This document shows positions 39,255 through 51,621 of a DNA stretch of 64,000 nt, one piece after another. The stretch comes from Octopus vulgaris (taxonomy: Eukaryota): the NCBI GenBank assembly GCA_951406725.2, contig OX597833.1:16244001-16308000 (forward strand), written 5' to 3'. Position numbers and translations under genes: made by a program. Within the stretch, counting starts at the first letter, position 1. Every line of letters starts with the position of its first letter. The notes below the pieces were generated by a model. It was not told the origin of the DNA. It saw nothing but the letters and a program-made list of their open reading frames with translations, and did not search any database.

Positions 39255-39625
39255 GGAGGCACTCCGTCGGTTACGACGACGAGGGTTCCGGTTGATCCGA
39301 ATCAGCGGAACAGCCTGCTCGTGAAATTAACGTGTAACTGGCTGAGCACTCCACAGACACGTGTCCCCTTAACGTAGTTCTCGGGGGATATTCAGCGTGA
39401 CACAGAGAGTGACAAGGCCGGCCCTTTGAAATACAGGTACAACAGAAACAGGAAGTAAGAGTGAGAGAAAGTTGTGGTGAAAGAGTACAGTAAGGATCAC
39501 CACTATCCCTGCCGGAGCCTCGTGGAGCTTTTAGGTGTTTTCGCTCAATAAACACTCACAACGCCCGGTCTGGGAATCGAAACCGCGAGTCCGCTGCCCT
39601 AACCACTGGGCCATTGCACCTCCAC
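39255..39625 (-). mobile_element. SINE family C, tail type 1
   Basis: TSD aaattgcaaat. Confidence 0.9.
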
Positions 39626-39714
39626 AAATTGCAAATATCATTTAAAATATAAGATATTCGGGCGTAGCGCTCTGCGGAGGGACGTTTATGTCAAGGGGAA
39701 GTAACTATCTCGGC

Positions 39715-39924
39715 ACAATATGAGGCGAATCAGCCAGACATAATAATTGAGTATTGGAGAAGAAAAATACCTGCTTACTGCTAGACATTACAGCCTCTTC
39801 TGATCACAATATTGTCCCTAAAAAGACTTGGAGAAATTATTAAAGTACAGTGATCTCGAAATTGAAGTATCCAAGATGTGGGGCATGAAGGTGAAAGCAA
39901 TATTAATGATAAGTGAGACATTGA
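39715..39924 (+). mobile_element. R4/Dong-like restriction-like endonuclease remnant
   Basis: EANQPDI...CLLLDITASSDHNI...EKLLKYSDLEIEVSKMWGMK. Confidence 0.7.
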
Positions 39925-40160
39925 AAGGCGGATAGCTAGCAGAATCGTTAGCACGCCGGGCGAAATGCGTCGCGGTATTTCGTCTGCCGCTACGTTCTGA
40001 GTTCAAATTCCGCCGAGGTCGACTTTGCCTTTCATCTTTTCGGGGTCAATTAAATAAGTACCAGTTACGCACTGGGGTCGATGTAATCGACTTAATCCGT
40101 TTGTCTGTCCTTGTTTGTCCTCTCTGTATTTAGCCCCTTGTGGGTAGTAAAGAAATAGGT
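39925..40160 (+). mobile_element. SINE family B monomer
   Basis: Matches the family consensus. Confidence 0.9.
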
Positions 40161-40356
40161 ATAAGAGGTGATGCAGCAGAAAATTGCCTGAAATTATCAA
40201 ACGTCGAATAATATTACTTTCTACTAAAGGCACAAGGCCTGGAATTTGGTGGTGGAAGTAAGTCGATTACATCAACCCCAGTACGAAACTGGTACTTATA
40301 TTATCGAACCCGAAAGGATGAAAAGGCAAAGTTGACCTCGGTGGAATTTGGAAAGC

Positions 40357-41985
40357 AAATGGGTGGTTCGTTCAACATCCTTACACAACTCTTAAACAGG
40401 GACCTTTTGAGCAGGATGGGTTACTCGACCAGAAGAAAATTCTAACTGGGCCCCACCTGCAAGGTCATGCGCCGTTTATCTTGATATGAGAACACCATGT
40501 CGAACACATGGTGTGATGCATGTGCCTAGTGTACCCTTATCAGACGGATAGTCATGATGGGTATACTGGGCGTCGTATATTTTACCCGTGTCACTTTGAT
40601 GGCATGCACTGCTCTCTCACTCAATAATAAGAAAAATAAATACAGAAAGCAATGGAAAAATTCACTTGTAAAACGCAGATGAAAAATGCTATCAACAGCT
40701 AAAAGTATTTGAATATCATAAAACAACGACGAAAACTGAAAGAAGTTGGATGAATATTGAATAAAAGAGAGAAAATGGAGTGAAAGTTTAGATTAACAAT
40801 ACTTTTTCAAAAACCTAAAATATGAAATAGTTGAAAACACTTTTGAAAAATTTCCGAGAATGCAAAAAGCATTAAGAAAAATTGGAAAAGAATCAATATT
40901 ACTAAAAATTTATTGTAAGCATTAAAAGGATAGAAAATAATGAAAAACATGAATTGGGTGAATATATAAATGTCAAATGACAATGAGATTCACTGAAGCG
41001 AGATATACAACAGATATTGTTATAAAAAGACCGAGACACCATGAATATTAGTAAAATAGGATTAGAAACCTCGAGAAGGGAAAGAAACAAACGAAATATA
41101 CTGAGAGTAATAATTGAAAGGAAAGAAAAGCCGTCCGGAACTCGACTGAATGAACGGGAAAAGATTAAACAATGGGGCAATGGTAGTAAGGAGGGGAAGA
41201 TGTTGGAATTGAATGAGATCAAGGGAGAAATAAAAGAGATTTTGGAAAGAGTAGAAAGGGTTAGAAAGGATAAGCAAACGGACAGATATATGGAAATATA
41301 AAACAGAAAGGTGGAGGCGTAATGGCGCAGTGGTTAGGGCAGCGGACTCGCGGTCATAGGATCACGGTTTCGATTCCCAGACCGGGCATTATGAATGTTT
41401 ATTGAGCGAAAACACCTAAAGCTCCACGAGGCTCCGGCAGGGGGTGGCGGCGATCCCTGCTGTACTCTTTCGCCACAACTTTCTCTCACTCTTTCTTCTG
41501 TTGGCCTGCTCGCTTAGCCAACGGGGCGGCGTCATTTGAAGGCTAAAACAATGCGAAGCGCATTGTGACCAGCGATGTGTAGCAACATCTGATAGCCTGG
41601 TCGGTCACAGTGATCACGGTGATTAAACAGAAAGATATTAACTATGAATTGAAAAAGATTGAAAAAATGACTGGAGAAGGTTAAAGAGATCTGAGTATGA
41701 TAAATAAGAGTTGAATAGAAGGCAGCGTGGTGGCAGAAGGGTTAGCACGCCGAGCGAAATGCTTAGTAGTGTTTCGTCTGCCATTATGTTCTGAGTTCAA
41801 ATTCCGCCGAGGTCGACTTTGCCTTTCATCCTTTCGGGGTCGATTAAATAAGTACCAGTTACGCACTGGAGTCGATGTAATCGACTTAATCCCTTTGTCT
41901 GTCATTGTTTGACCCCTCTATGTTTAGCCCCTTGTGAGCAGTAAAGAATTAAGTAAGAGCCAAATGTATTAGAAAAGGGCGACGA
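40357..41985 (+). repeat. Arm of an inverted segmental duplication (partner ~56750-58115)
   Basis: Unique AT-rich DNA and nested repeats are near-identical in reverse complement; ORFs 40902..41222(-) and 57251..57571(+) translate almost identically. Confidence 0.9.
41311..41622 (+). mobile_element. SINE family C, tail type 2
   Basis: Head gtggaggcgtaatggcgcagtgg; ends ggtcacagtgatcacggtga; TSD aaacagaaag. Confidence 0.9.
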
Positions 41986-42147
41986 ATAAGAACAACACTT
42001 GATGGGAAAATATATAACGGCACGCTTTGCAACAGTGTCGTTTCAGGTTCAAACCCACTGCGCGGCAACTTGGACATATATCTTCTACTATGGAGCCGGG
42101 TCAACCAGTCTTGTGAGTGATCTGGTAGAGGGAAACTGTGTGGAAGC

Positions 42148-42181
<34 letters not shown>

Positions 42182-42669
42182 GTGTCTGTGTTAATACCTC
42201 ACATACACCAAAGCTTGTCAACCGGTGTTCGTTTTGTTTTGTTGTTGCCCCGTAAATTAGCAGTTTGACTAAAAGAAAACAATACAATAATTCCCACACT
42301 TTGAAAATAGACACTGTGGACGATTTGTTCGACTGAAAAACTCTTCGTGGCGGTGCCCCAGCATGGCCAGATTCCAATGACTGATACAATTAGAGGAAAG
42401 CATTTAAAAACAGGTAAGACATTTCAAACTTCCGCGCGAAATAACGGGAATCGAAAAAAACAAGGGACCGTTTGTGAAGAGAAGTAAGCAGACGCAAAGG
42501 AAAGCCAAAGAAAATATCGAACACTTTTGAAGTGACTGAGAAGTGGCAGAATACGAATATTCAAGCATAAGATTAATGGAATGTGATAGAATAAAAACTG
42601 GTTTCAAATTTTGGCACAAGACCAGCAATTTCGGGGGAGAGGGTAAGTCGATTACATCGACCGCCTGTG

Positions 42670-43175
42670 TGTCCCCAAAGTCCATCCCCTCCTCACCGTG
42701 GTGGGGAAGCTGGCAACGGGTGGTTTCAGAGCTATGCCGTCGGGAACTTCGGTTCCTGGTAGGGCCACCCAAGGCAGATTGATCTGATACTGAGTGGTAT
42801 TAGGATCACAACCTGGTGAAAATCCTCGGAGTGTCTGTTTCGGCAACCGGCGGCTCCTCGGTCGTTCTGTCCCTGCGTCTGCGGACAATCTGCGGCAAAC
42901 AGGATGTCTCTACATGCGGGATTGTTGGGGACCGCTTGTGAAATCCACATATTCCCACGAAACTTCTTCAATGAATTCTCAATGGCGAATACAATGGCGT
43001 TGACCGCAGGTGGTCGGCCTGCGGTCCCGATGGAACCGTGACTGGCTCGCTATCTCCAGTGAACTGGCGCAGGACCGTCGTGCGTGGGCTGCCATGGTTC
43101 GAGATGCCTCGAGGGTGGTAGAAGAAGTCGACTCAACCCGCCCAGGGTGAATGTCGCCACAAGTACAAGTAAGTA
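42670..43175 (+). mobile_element. Short internally deleted RTE-clade element (5' UTR fused to 3' end)
   Basis: RTE-type 5' motif ccgtggtgggg...gagctatgcc...agggccacccaagg; 3' WLAISSELAQDRRAWAAMVRDA...STRPG*; (caagta) tail; TSD ccgcctgtg. Confidence 0.75.
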
Positions 43176-43989
43176 CCGCCTGTGCGCAACTGATACGTAT
43201 TTTAGCGACTCGGAAATGATGAACAGCAAAGTCAACGATCGGTAGAATTTGAACTTCGAACGTGAAGACGGGCGAAATGCTGCGAAATATTTAGCCCGAC
43301 GTGTTAATGATTCTATCAACTCGCTACCTTGAATGCATCATATATTGGTTTTAAATTTTAGCACAAGGCCAGCAATTTCTAGGAGCGGGCTAGTCGATTA
43401 TGTCGATCCCAGTTCTCAATTGGTAATTACTTTAGCAACCCGGGAAAGATGAAAAGCGAAGTGAACGTCGGCAGAATTTTAATTCCGAACGTGAAGACGG
43501 GCGAAATGCTGCGAAATATTTAGCCCGACGTGAAAACTATTCTGCCAAATCGCTAGCTTGAATACGTCATATATTGAAAAGATGTTAAAGGAAAGAGATA
43601 ACTATTTTTTAGACAGTTTGAAACACGCATAGAAATAAATTGGAATCAACTTGATAGAAGATCGTAATATATGATTAGAAAATATAACATGATATAAGAA
43701 AGTTTGAAAAATGTCTGACGAGTAAAATAAACGCTTCCTATTCATCTGCTTCGTTCTGTTTGGAAAAAATGAAACAGAAAATAATTGAAAAACTCTGAAG
43801 CACACTTAATGGTGAACATGAGATGAGGAATTCTGAATAGAAGTCTGCTCAAAGATGTCAAACTCGAAAACACTGAAATTGCTGGAAATGTTTAGAAATA
43901 CTTGAAGTAGTTTTAAAAACTCAACAAACTATCAAAGAGAATTTTCTGAAAATAGTAGACAATATAAACAGAAAATATATCAAACTATT

Positions 43990-44900
43990 TACATCATTTG
44001 CATTAAAAGAATATTTGTCCTCATCTTTTTTTTTCTTTTTTTGTTAACACGTTTCAGCTGATATACCCTCCAGCCTTCTTTAGGTGTCTTGGAGAAATTT
44101 CGAACCTGGGTTCTCATTCCTAAGGTATTTTTCGATGTTATTATTATCATTATTATTATTGTTGTTATTATTATTATTATTATTGTTGTTCAGGTCACTG
44201 ATTGGAATGGAACACGGAATCTTGGGGTTAGTAACCCGCGCTCTTAACCACTACGCCATATGCCTGTGGGCAATTACGGAGTGAATTTTAGGGCTTATAA
44301 ATCTAATATTCTCCTATCCTTCCTTAATACCGGTTCCCATATCCTGCTTGTATCTGCACTCGGTCTGCTTAGAATGTTGTTATGTCCTAGCATATGTGCT
44401 GCTTCTTTTAATTTTCGTATTTTCCAGTGGTGTTCTCTGTCTATTGTTTTAACTTCATCCCACAGAGGGAGGTGATCTCCATTTTTCCATACATGATCAG
44501 CTATACTCGATTTATCAATATCTCCTCGTGTCACAGCTTTGCGATGTTCCTCTACCCTTATTTTCAGGGGGCGGTATGTTTCGCCTTTGTATAACCCACC
44601 ACAGCTGCATGCGATGGAGTACACGCAGTCTTTGGTCATATTCTCTTCTATTGGTGGTTTTACTCGAAGGAGATATTTGCGAAGTGTTGTATTACTCTTG
44701 AATACTGTCCTGACGTCATATGGGCCGCATATCTTTTGTATCTTTTCGGAGAGACCTTTCACATAGGATAGATAGACTGTGGACAGTTTATTGGCCCCAT
44801 CCTCTCCCTTCTTCATAATTGGAGTGGATAGTATACTTTTGGGGTAGTTGTTGCTTAACAGATCGTTATTGAGCTTGATCATATCTTCGTGGTGTGTATC
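43990..44900 (-). mobile_element. Penelope/Poseidon-type PLE 3' fragment: GIY-YIG endonuclease plus pLTR
   Basis: ORF 44295-44882 has CVYSIACSCGGLYKGET.RPLKIRVEEH...SSIADHVW...RKLKEA; pLTR with a degenerate hammerhead at 44046-44088. Confidence 0.85.
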
Positions 44901-44947
44901 ACCATCGAAATGACATCAAATTGTCGAAATCACAATTCTAAATATAG

Positions 44948-45295
44948 AACTCTTTTACTCTTTTACTCTTTTACTTGTTTCAGTCATTTGACTGTGGCCA
45001 TGCTGGAGCACTGCCTTTAGTCGAGCAAATCGACTCCAGGACTTATTCTTTGTAAGCCTAGTACTTATTGTATCGGTCTCTTTTGCCGAACCGCTAAGTT
45101 ACGGGGACGTAAACACACCAGCATCGGTTGTCAAGCGATGTTGGGAGGACAAACACAGACATGCAAACACATACACACACATACATATATATATACATAT
45201 ATACGACGGGCTTCTTTCAGTTTCCGTCTACCAAATCCACTCACAATGCTTCGGTCGGTAAGCAAGCTACTTACCACACAGCCACTCCTACGCCT
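44948..45295 (-). mobile_element. SINE family A (internal deletion)
   Basis: Matches the family consensus. Confidence 0.85.
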
Positions 45296-45580
45296 ATATC
45301 TGTACATCAAATTATATTTGAAAATGTATTCAAAATTATTTCCTCACCCTAAGGCGGCGAGTTGGCAGATTCGTTAGCACGCCGGGTATTATGCTTACCG
45401 GCATCTCACCCATCTTTATGTTCGGAGTTCAAATTCTTTCGAGGTCGACTTTGCCATTCATCCTCTTGGGTCGATAAATAAATACCAGTTGAGCACTGGA
45501 ATTGATGTAATCGACTAGCTCATTCCTTGAAATTGCTGGCCTTGTGCCAAAAAAATTTGAAACCAAAATTACTTCTTCTA

Positions 45581-45963
45581 GGGGCAGGAGTGGCTGTGTG
45601 GTAAGAAGCTTGCTTCCCAACCACATAATTCCAGGTTCAGTCCCACTGCGCGGCACCTTGGGCAAGTGTTTTCTGCTATAGCCACGAGTGGATTTGGTAG
45701 ACGGAAACTGAAAGAAGCCCGTCGTATATATATATGTGTGCGTGTGTATGTGTATTTGTGTGTGCGTGCGTCTGTGTTTGTCCCCCACCATCGCTTGACA
45801 ACCAATGTTGGTGTGTTTACGTCCCCGTAACTTAGCGGTTCGGCAAAAGAGAATGACAGAATAAGTACTAGGCATATAAAGAATAAATCGGGTCGATTTG
45901 TTCGACTAAAGGCGATGCTCCAGCATGGTCGCAATCAAATGACTGAAACAAGTAAAAGAAAAG
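45581..45963 (+). mobile_element. SINE family A
   Basis: Matches the family consensus. Confidence 0.85.
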
Positions 45964-46051
45964 AAGGAATACCCATTATTGTCTTCGGGTATTGTTGACA
46001 CACCCCGTATAGCACATTCTGCTTCAAATTAATCACGGACACTGAAAAACA

Positions 46052-46712
46052 AATTCTTTTCTACTCTAGGCACAAGGCCCGAAAATTTGGGGGGAGGGGA
46101 CCAGTTGATTAGATCGACCCCAGTACGCAACTGGTACTTATTTAATCGACCCCGAAAGGATGAAAGGCAAAGTCGACCTTGGCGGAATTTGAACTCAGAA
46201 CGTAGCGGCATACGAAATACCTATTTCTTTACTACCCTCAAGGGGCTAAACACAGAGAGGACAAACAAGGACAGACAAATGGATTAAGTCGATTACATCG
46301 ACCCCAGTGCGTAACTGGTACTTATTTAATCGACCTCGAGAGGACGAAAGGCAAAGTCGACCTCGGCGGAATTTGAACTCAGAACGTAGCGGCGACGAAA
46401 TACCTATTTCTTTACTACCCACAAGGGGCTAAACACAGAGGGGACAAACAAGAACTGACAAACGGATTAAGTCGATTACATCGACCCCAGTGCGTAACTG
46501 GTACTTATTTAATCGACCCCGAAAGGATGAAAAGCAAAGTCGACCTCGGCGGATTTGAACCCAGAACGCAAAGACAGACGAAATACCTATTTCTTCTGGG
46601 TCAATAAATTAAGTACCAGTTACACACTGGGGTCGCTCTAATCGACTTAATTTCTTTATCTGTCCTTGTTTGTCCCCTCTATGTTTAGCCCTTTGTGGGC
46701 AATAAAGAAATA
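46052..46712 (-). mobile_element. SINE family B array (minus) with an inverted terminal piece (46596-46712, plus)
   Basis: Consensus units; orientation switches at ~46595. Confidence 0.85.
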
Positions 46713-46859
46713 GCTAATTAATGTCCCTTTCCGATCTCGAAGACTTCGGTCTCCAAAACATCTAAGCTTTGCTCAGTCCATAAATAAATCCCAAAGGCAG
46801 ACATTGACAATTGCTGGACTTCATCAAGAAGAACACTTTTTTTGACAATGTCTGTTTTA

Positions 46860-47525
46860 TGTCGAATGCTCGAGTGTTGAAAAGCCCCGTAATCTCTTTT
46901 CTTCTCGTTCGAGGGCAGCAGACCCCTAGTCAGGAACGCAACGTGCAGCAGCACGTTCTCCGGTCTCTAACTTTGCAGCATCGGCAACAAATCTTGGTGT
47001 TGTCTCCCGTAACGCGGAGGAGAGAAAAACCAGTAAATACAAAGGGGCTGACCGACTGCTATCAGTTTGTGTCGGTCGCGGTCGAGAGACCAGGTGTTAT
47101 GTTAGTTAGTTAGTTAGTTAGTTAGTTAATTTTTTGGCTCAAAAAGCAAAAAGCAAGGCCATGTAGGGGGACATGGAGTTATGTACAGGGTGGTGTTCAT
47201 GTAAATAGTTCAGGCCACTTGAGGTCAAGGGAGACTTTGAACCGAGCGGTCGTCGGCATCTTCACCATCTCGTCTTGCAGCTTATTCCACGGATCCGCAA
47301 CCCGGACGGAGAAAGCCCCTCTTCTTCGATTGAGATGAAATCGTCGCAGATAGAGCTTTTCGGAATGACCCCGTTATAAGACCCGTACTACCGATTTCCT
47401 TCGTAAATAGGGAGATCGGGCGGCCCGTTAGAGAAATGAACACCGCGAGATGGAGTGATTCATGCAGCGAGTGTCGCTGGCCACTCTCCGCCGCAACGCC
47501 ATTGCAGTCATCATTGCAGGGCGCG
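46860..47525 (+). mobile_element. CRE-like non-LTR retrotransposon RLE C-terminal remnant, interrupted by a CR1 fragment
   Basis: FEGSRPLVRNATCSSTF...RNAEERKTSKYK...YQFVSVAVE.PGV | DFLRK...FMQRVSLATLRRNAIAVI. Confidence 0.65.
47101..47373 (-). mobile_element. 5'-truncated CR1-like LINE 3' end with (TAAC)n tail
   Basis: RGHSEKLYLRRFHLNRRRGAFSVRVADPWNKLQDEMV...FKVSLDLKWPELFT*; possible TSD gttat. Confidence 0.8.
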
Positions 47526-48203
47526 GTTGAGCACACCATCTGTTCTGGGGCATGCGACCCATCACCCTCTCCCGCTCCATCTTCTTCTGCTTTATCCTCC
47601 ACCCATTTTTTCTTTCTTTTCTTTTCCTTTCTCATATCTTTTCTTTCTTGCTTCTCTGTATCTCTTTATTTATATCCTTGTTGACAAAAGCACAGAAAGC
47701 GAATACCCTAAGATGCTGATATGACACTATTCAGCATTGCCGAGGTTACGTCAATTACATATCTAATATCATATACTGGAATTCCGTCAGTTACGAGGTC
47801 GAGTGTTCCATATGATCCAATCAGCAAAGCACCCTGCTCTTGAAATTGCCGTGCATGTGGCTGGGCACACAACAGATATGCATAATCTTTACCTAGTTCT
47901 CAGGGAGATTCAAAATGGCACAAAATGTGACACCGCTGATCCTTTGCAATACAGGAACTACTCTTTTTTACCAGTTCAATACACTAAAGCAACGTGAAAG
48001 AAAGTGTCTTGCCCAAGGACACGATGCAGCAACAGTTATCTAACTCCCGAATACCCTAACCGAGGAGTCGGGGAACATTTTTTTTACCAATTACCCCCAA
48101 TTTGTTTTTATTTATGACGTTACCCCTTTGATTTAAAAGGAAGAAAATCGTTTGTGTGAGTGTGCGCGCATACATATACAGATAGATAGACAGACAGACA
48201 AAA

Positions 48204-48318
<115 letters not shown>

Positions 48319-48324
48319 CTGAAA

Positions 48325-49206
48325 TGTAGTCCCTATTTAAAAATATAATTTATTTATTAACTATAATTTTTAGAACGATGTGAAGATGTGAAGAAGACGT
48401 ATAGCATGGGGTTTTATTTAAAATTCGATATAGGCGCCATGAATTTGCCACCAGCTTCTGAAGCCACCTGGGAACCGCATCAACTGATTTCATCAGGAAC
48501 TCTTGTGGGATGGAACGCATAACTTCTCGTATTAGCTCTTTAAGTTCTTCCAAAGTCGTTGGTTTGGTAGAGTAGACTCGCTCCTTTAACCAACCCCCAA
48601 AGAAAAAAGTCGCAGGGTTTTAAATCAGGGCTTCTGGCCGGCCTATCATGCGGACTTCAACGATCCATCCATCTCCCAGGGAAGTGGGGCATTCAGCTAT
48701 TCACGAACAACAATAACAAAATGTGGAGGAGCGCCATCTTGCGTAAAATCAAATCTTCAATATTCTCCCAAGTACTGATAACTGGCCAGATTTCATCTCG
48801 CAGCATGGTGAGGTCCTTTCCAGGATTCATGGTATTGCAATGGATGAAAGGATCCACAATCCTGTCCGAAGTCATTCCACACTATACCGTTACCTTGGGC
48901 CGAGTCTGCATTTTTTCAGAGGTAATACGAGGATCTTCTCCTGTCCAGTAGTGGCGGTTGTGACGGTTCACAAACCCACCGACGTGGAATACCGTTTCAT
49001 CGCTCCAGAGGATTTTTTTGAAAGAGATCAGACCATGATTGTAAGGCTTCTATATTTCAAACAAGATAATCGATCTGAAAAAAAGAAAATGATATAGAAT
49101 CAATTCCCATACATTAAAGAACATACACATCAACTCTGAGAAAAAATTACAGTTAATAAATAAATCTAAGTATTTTAGAACAGGCAGTTACTTTTTAATC
49201 ACCCTG
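48325..49206 (-). mobile_element. Degenerate Tc1/mariner-superfamily transposon (rosa/maT-like)
   Basis: PARSPDLKPCDFF.WG.LKERVYSTKPTTLEELKELIREV; end cagggtgattaaaaagt. Confidence 0.75.
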
Positions 49207-49208
49207 TG

Positions 49209-49244
<36 letters not shown>

Positions 49245-49364
49245 AATTGCTAGGATGATCCGGTTCTTGACTGAAGATTGAAGGCTTCGAATGTCCCGTC
49301 CGTGTTTTTTGTATCGTCCCCTAAATGTTTTACGTTCTTGTCCCAGTTTGTATTGTTTTACATA

Positions 49365-50700
<1,336 letters not shown>

Positions 50701-50733
50701 TAGATAGATAAACGGATAGACGGATTATCCAGC

Positions 50734-51621
50734 ATGTCCAGAGCATGGAGATGTGACGAGCTGGATTTATTCGTACGAGCATGGGAGTGCGCCGGCGGAG
50801 ATAGCCCTAGGGAGGTGATTGCGGCTGCGCTGAAGAGCAGAGGCTACAAGAGGACAGCGGCTCAGATGGAGCGAAAGAGACAGGAATTCGTGCGCTCATA
50901 TGCGCTTGTACGGTCGCACATTGGCGCACTTGATGCCATCTTTGAGAACGAGCGGAGCAAAGATGGCAAGAATGGAGACGATGAAAGAAGTCACCCCCAC
51001 CTGGTGGACGCCCGGGAGGAGGTTTTGAATGAGAAACCTGCCCGGGAAGTGAACCCAGGTGCAAGTTCTCCAACCGGCAGCAAGGGCCATGGTAGAGGAG
51101 GAAGAAGAACTAAAAGAAGGACTGGAAGAGCTAAAGGAAAAGAAAAAGCTCAAGCAGGACCAAAGAGTGAAACAACCAGAAATAGAAGTGGAACCGCAAA
51201 GGATGGAACCAAACAGCGCACACGGGTGTGTATGTTCTACCTGAGAGGTTCCTGCTGGCATGGAAAGGAAGGTGCAGGCTGCCGCTTTGCACATCGGGGA
51301 CCCTGCCACAGAGACACGAGGCAGATGGACAAACCATCAACACAAAGAAAAGGGATGGACCACGCACCACCTGCCCCAAAGCGGAGGTACGCAGATGTTG
51401 TGCGCGCCACAAACAGCCAACATGATGTAGTCGAAAGAGCAGCTGCTGAGCAACAATCTTTTTTGTGCATGGCACAAAAGATTGTACAGCAGCTGACCTG
51501 GCTTCATCAAACCCAAGCCCGCAGGTGGGACTACCCATTATATACCAGACCACCACAGCAAACAGACACAGGATGGACACCGCCGGCAACAACGTACACC
51601 TCACCTCGATACTCCTACTGA
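50734..51621 (+). CDS. LINE ORF1 protein: Myb/SANT(trihelix)-like N-terminus, basic region, CCCH zinc finger
   Basis: WRCDELDLFVRAW...IAAALKSRGYKRTAAQMERK; CMFYLRGSCWHGKEGAGCRFAH; open for 295 aa. Confidence 0.8.
   Translation: MSRAWRCDELDLFVRAWECAGGDSPREVIAAALKSRGYKRTAAQMERKRQEFVRSYALVRSHIGALDAIFENERSKDGKNGDDERSHPHLVDAREEVLNEKPAREVNPGASSPTGSKGHGRGGRRTKRRTGRAKGKEKAQAGPKSETTRNRSGTAKDGTKQRTRVCMFYLRGSCWHGKEGAGCRFAHRGPCHRDTRQMDKPSTQRKGMDHAPPAPKRRYADVVRATNSQHDVVERAAAEQQSFLCMAQKIVQQLTWLHQTQARRWDYPLYTRPPQQTDTGWTPPATTYTSPRYSY

Noticed and set aside
41311-41390. tRNA gene
   Set aside because: It is a tRNA-derived SINE head that continues into the SINE body and is bounded by a TSD.
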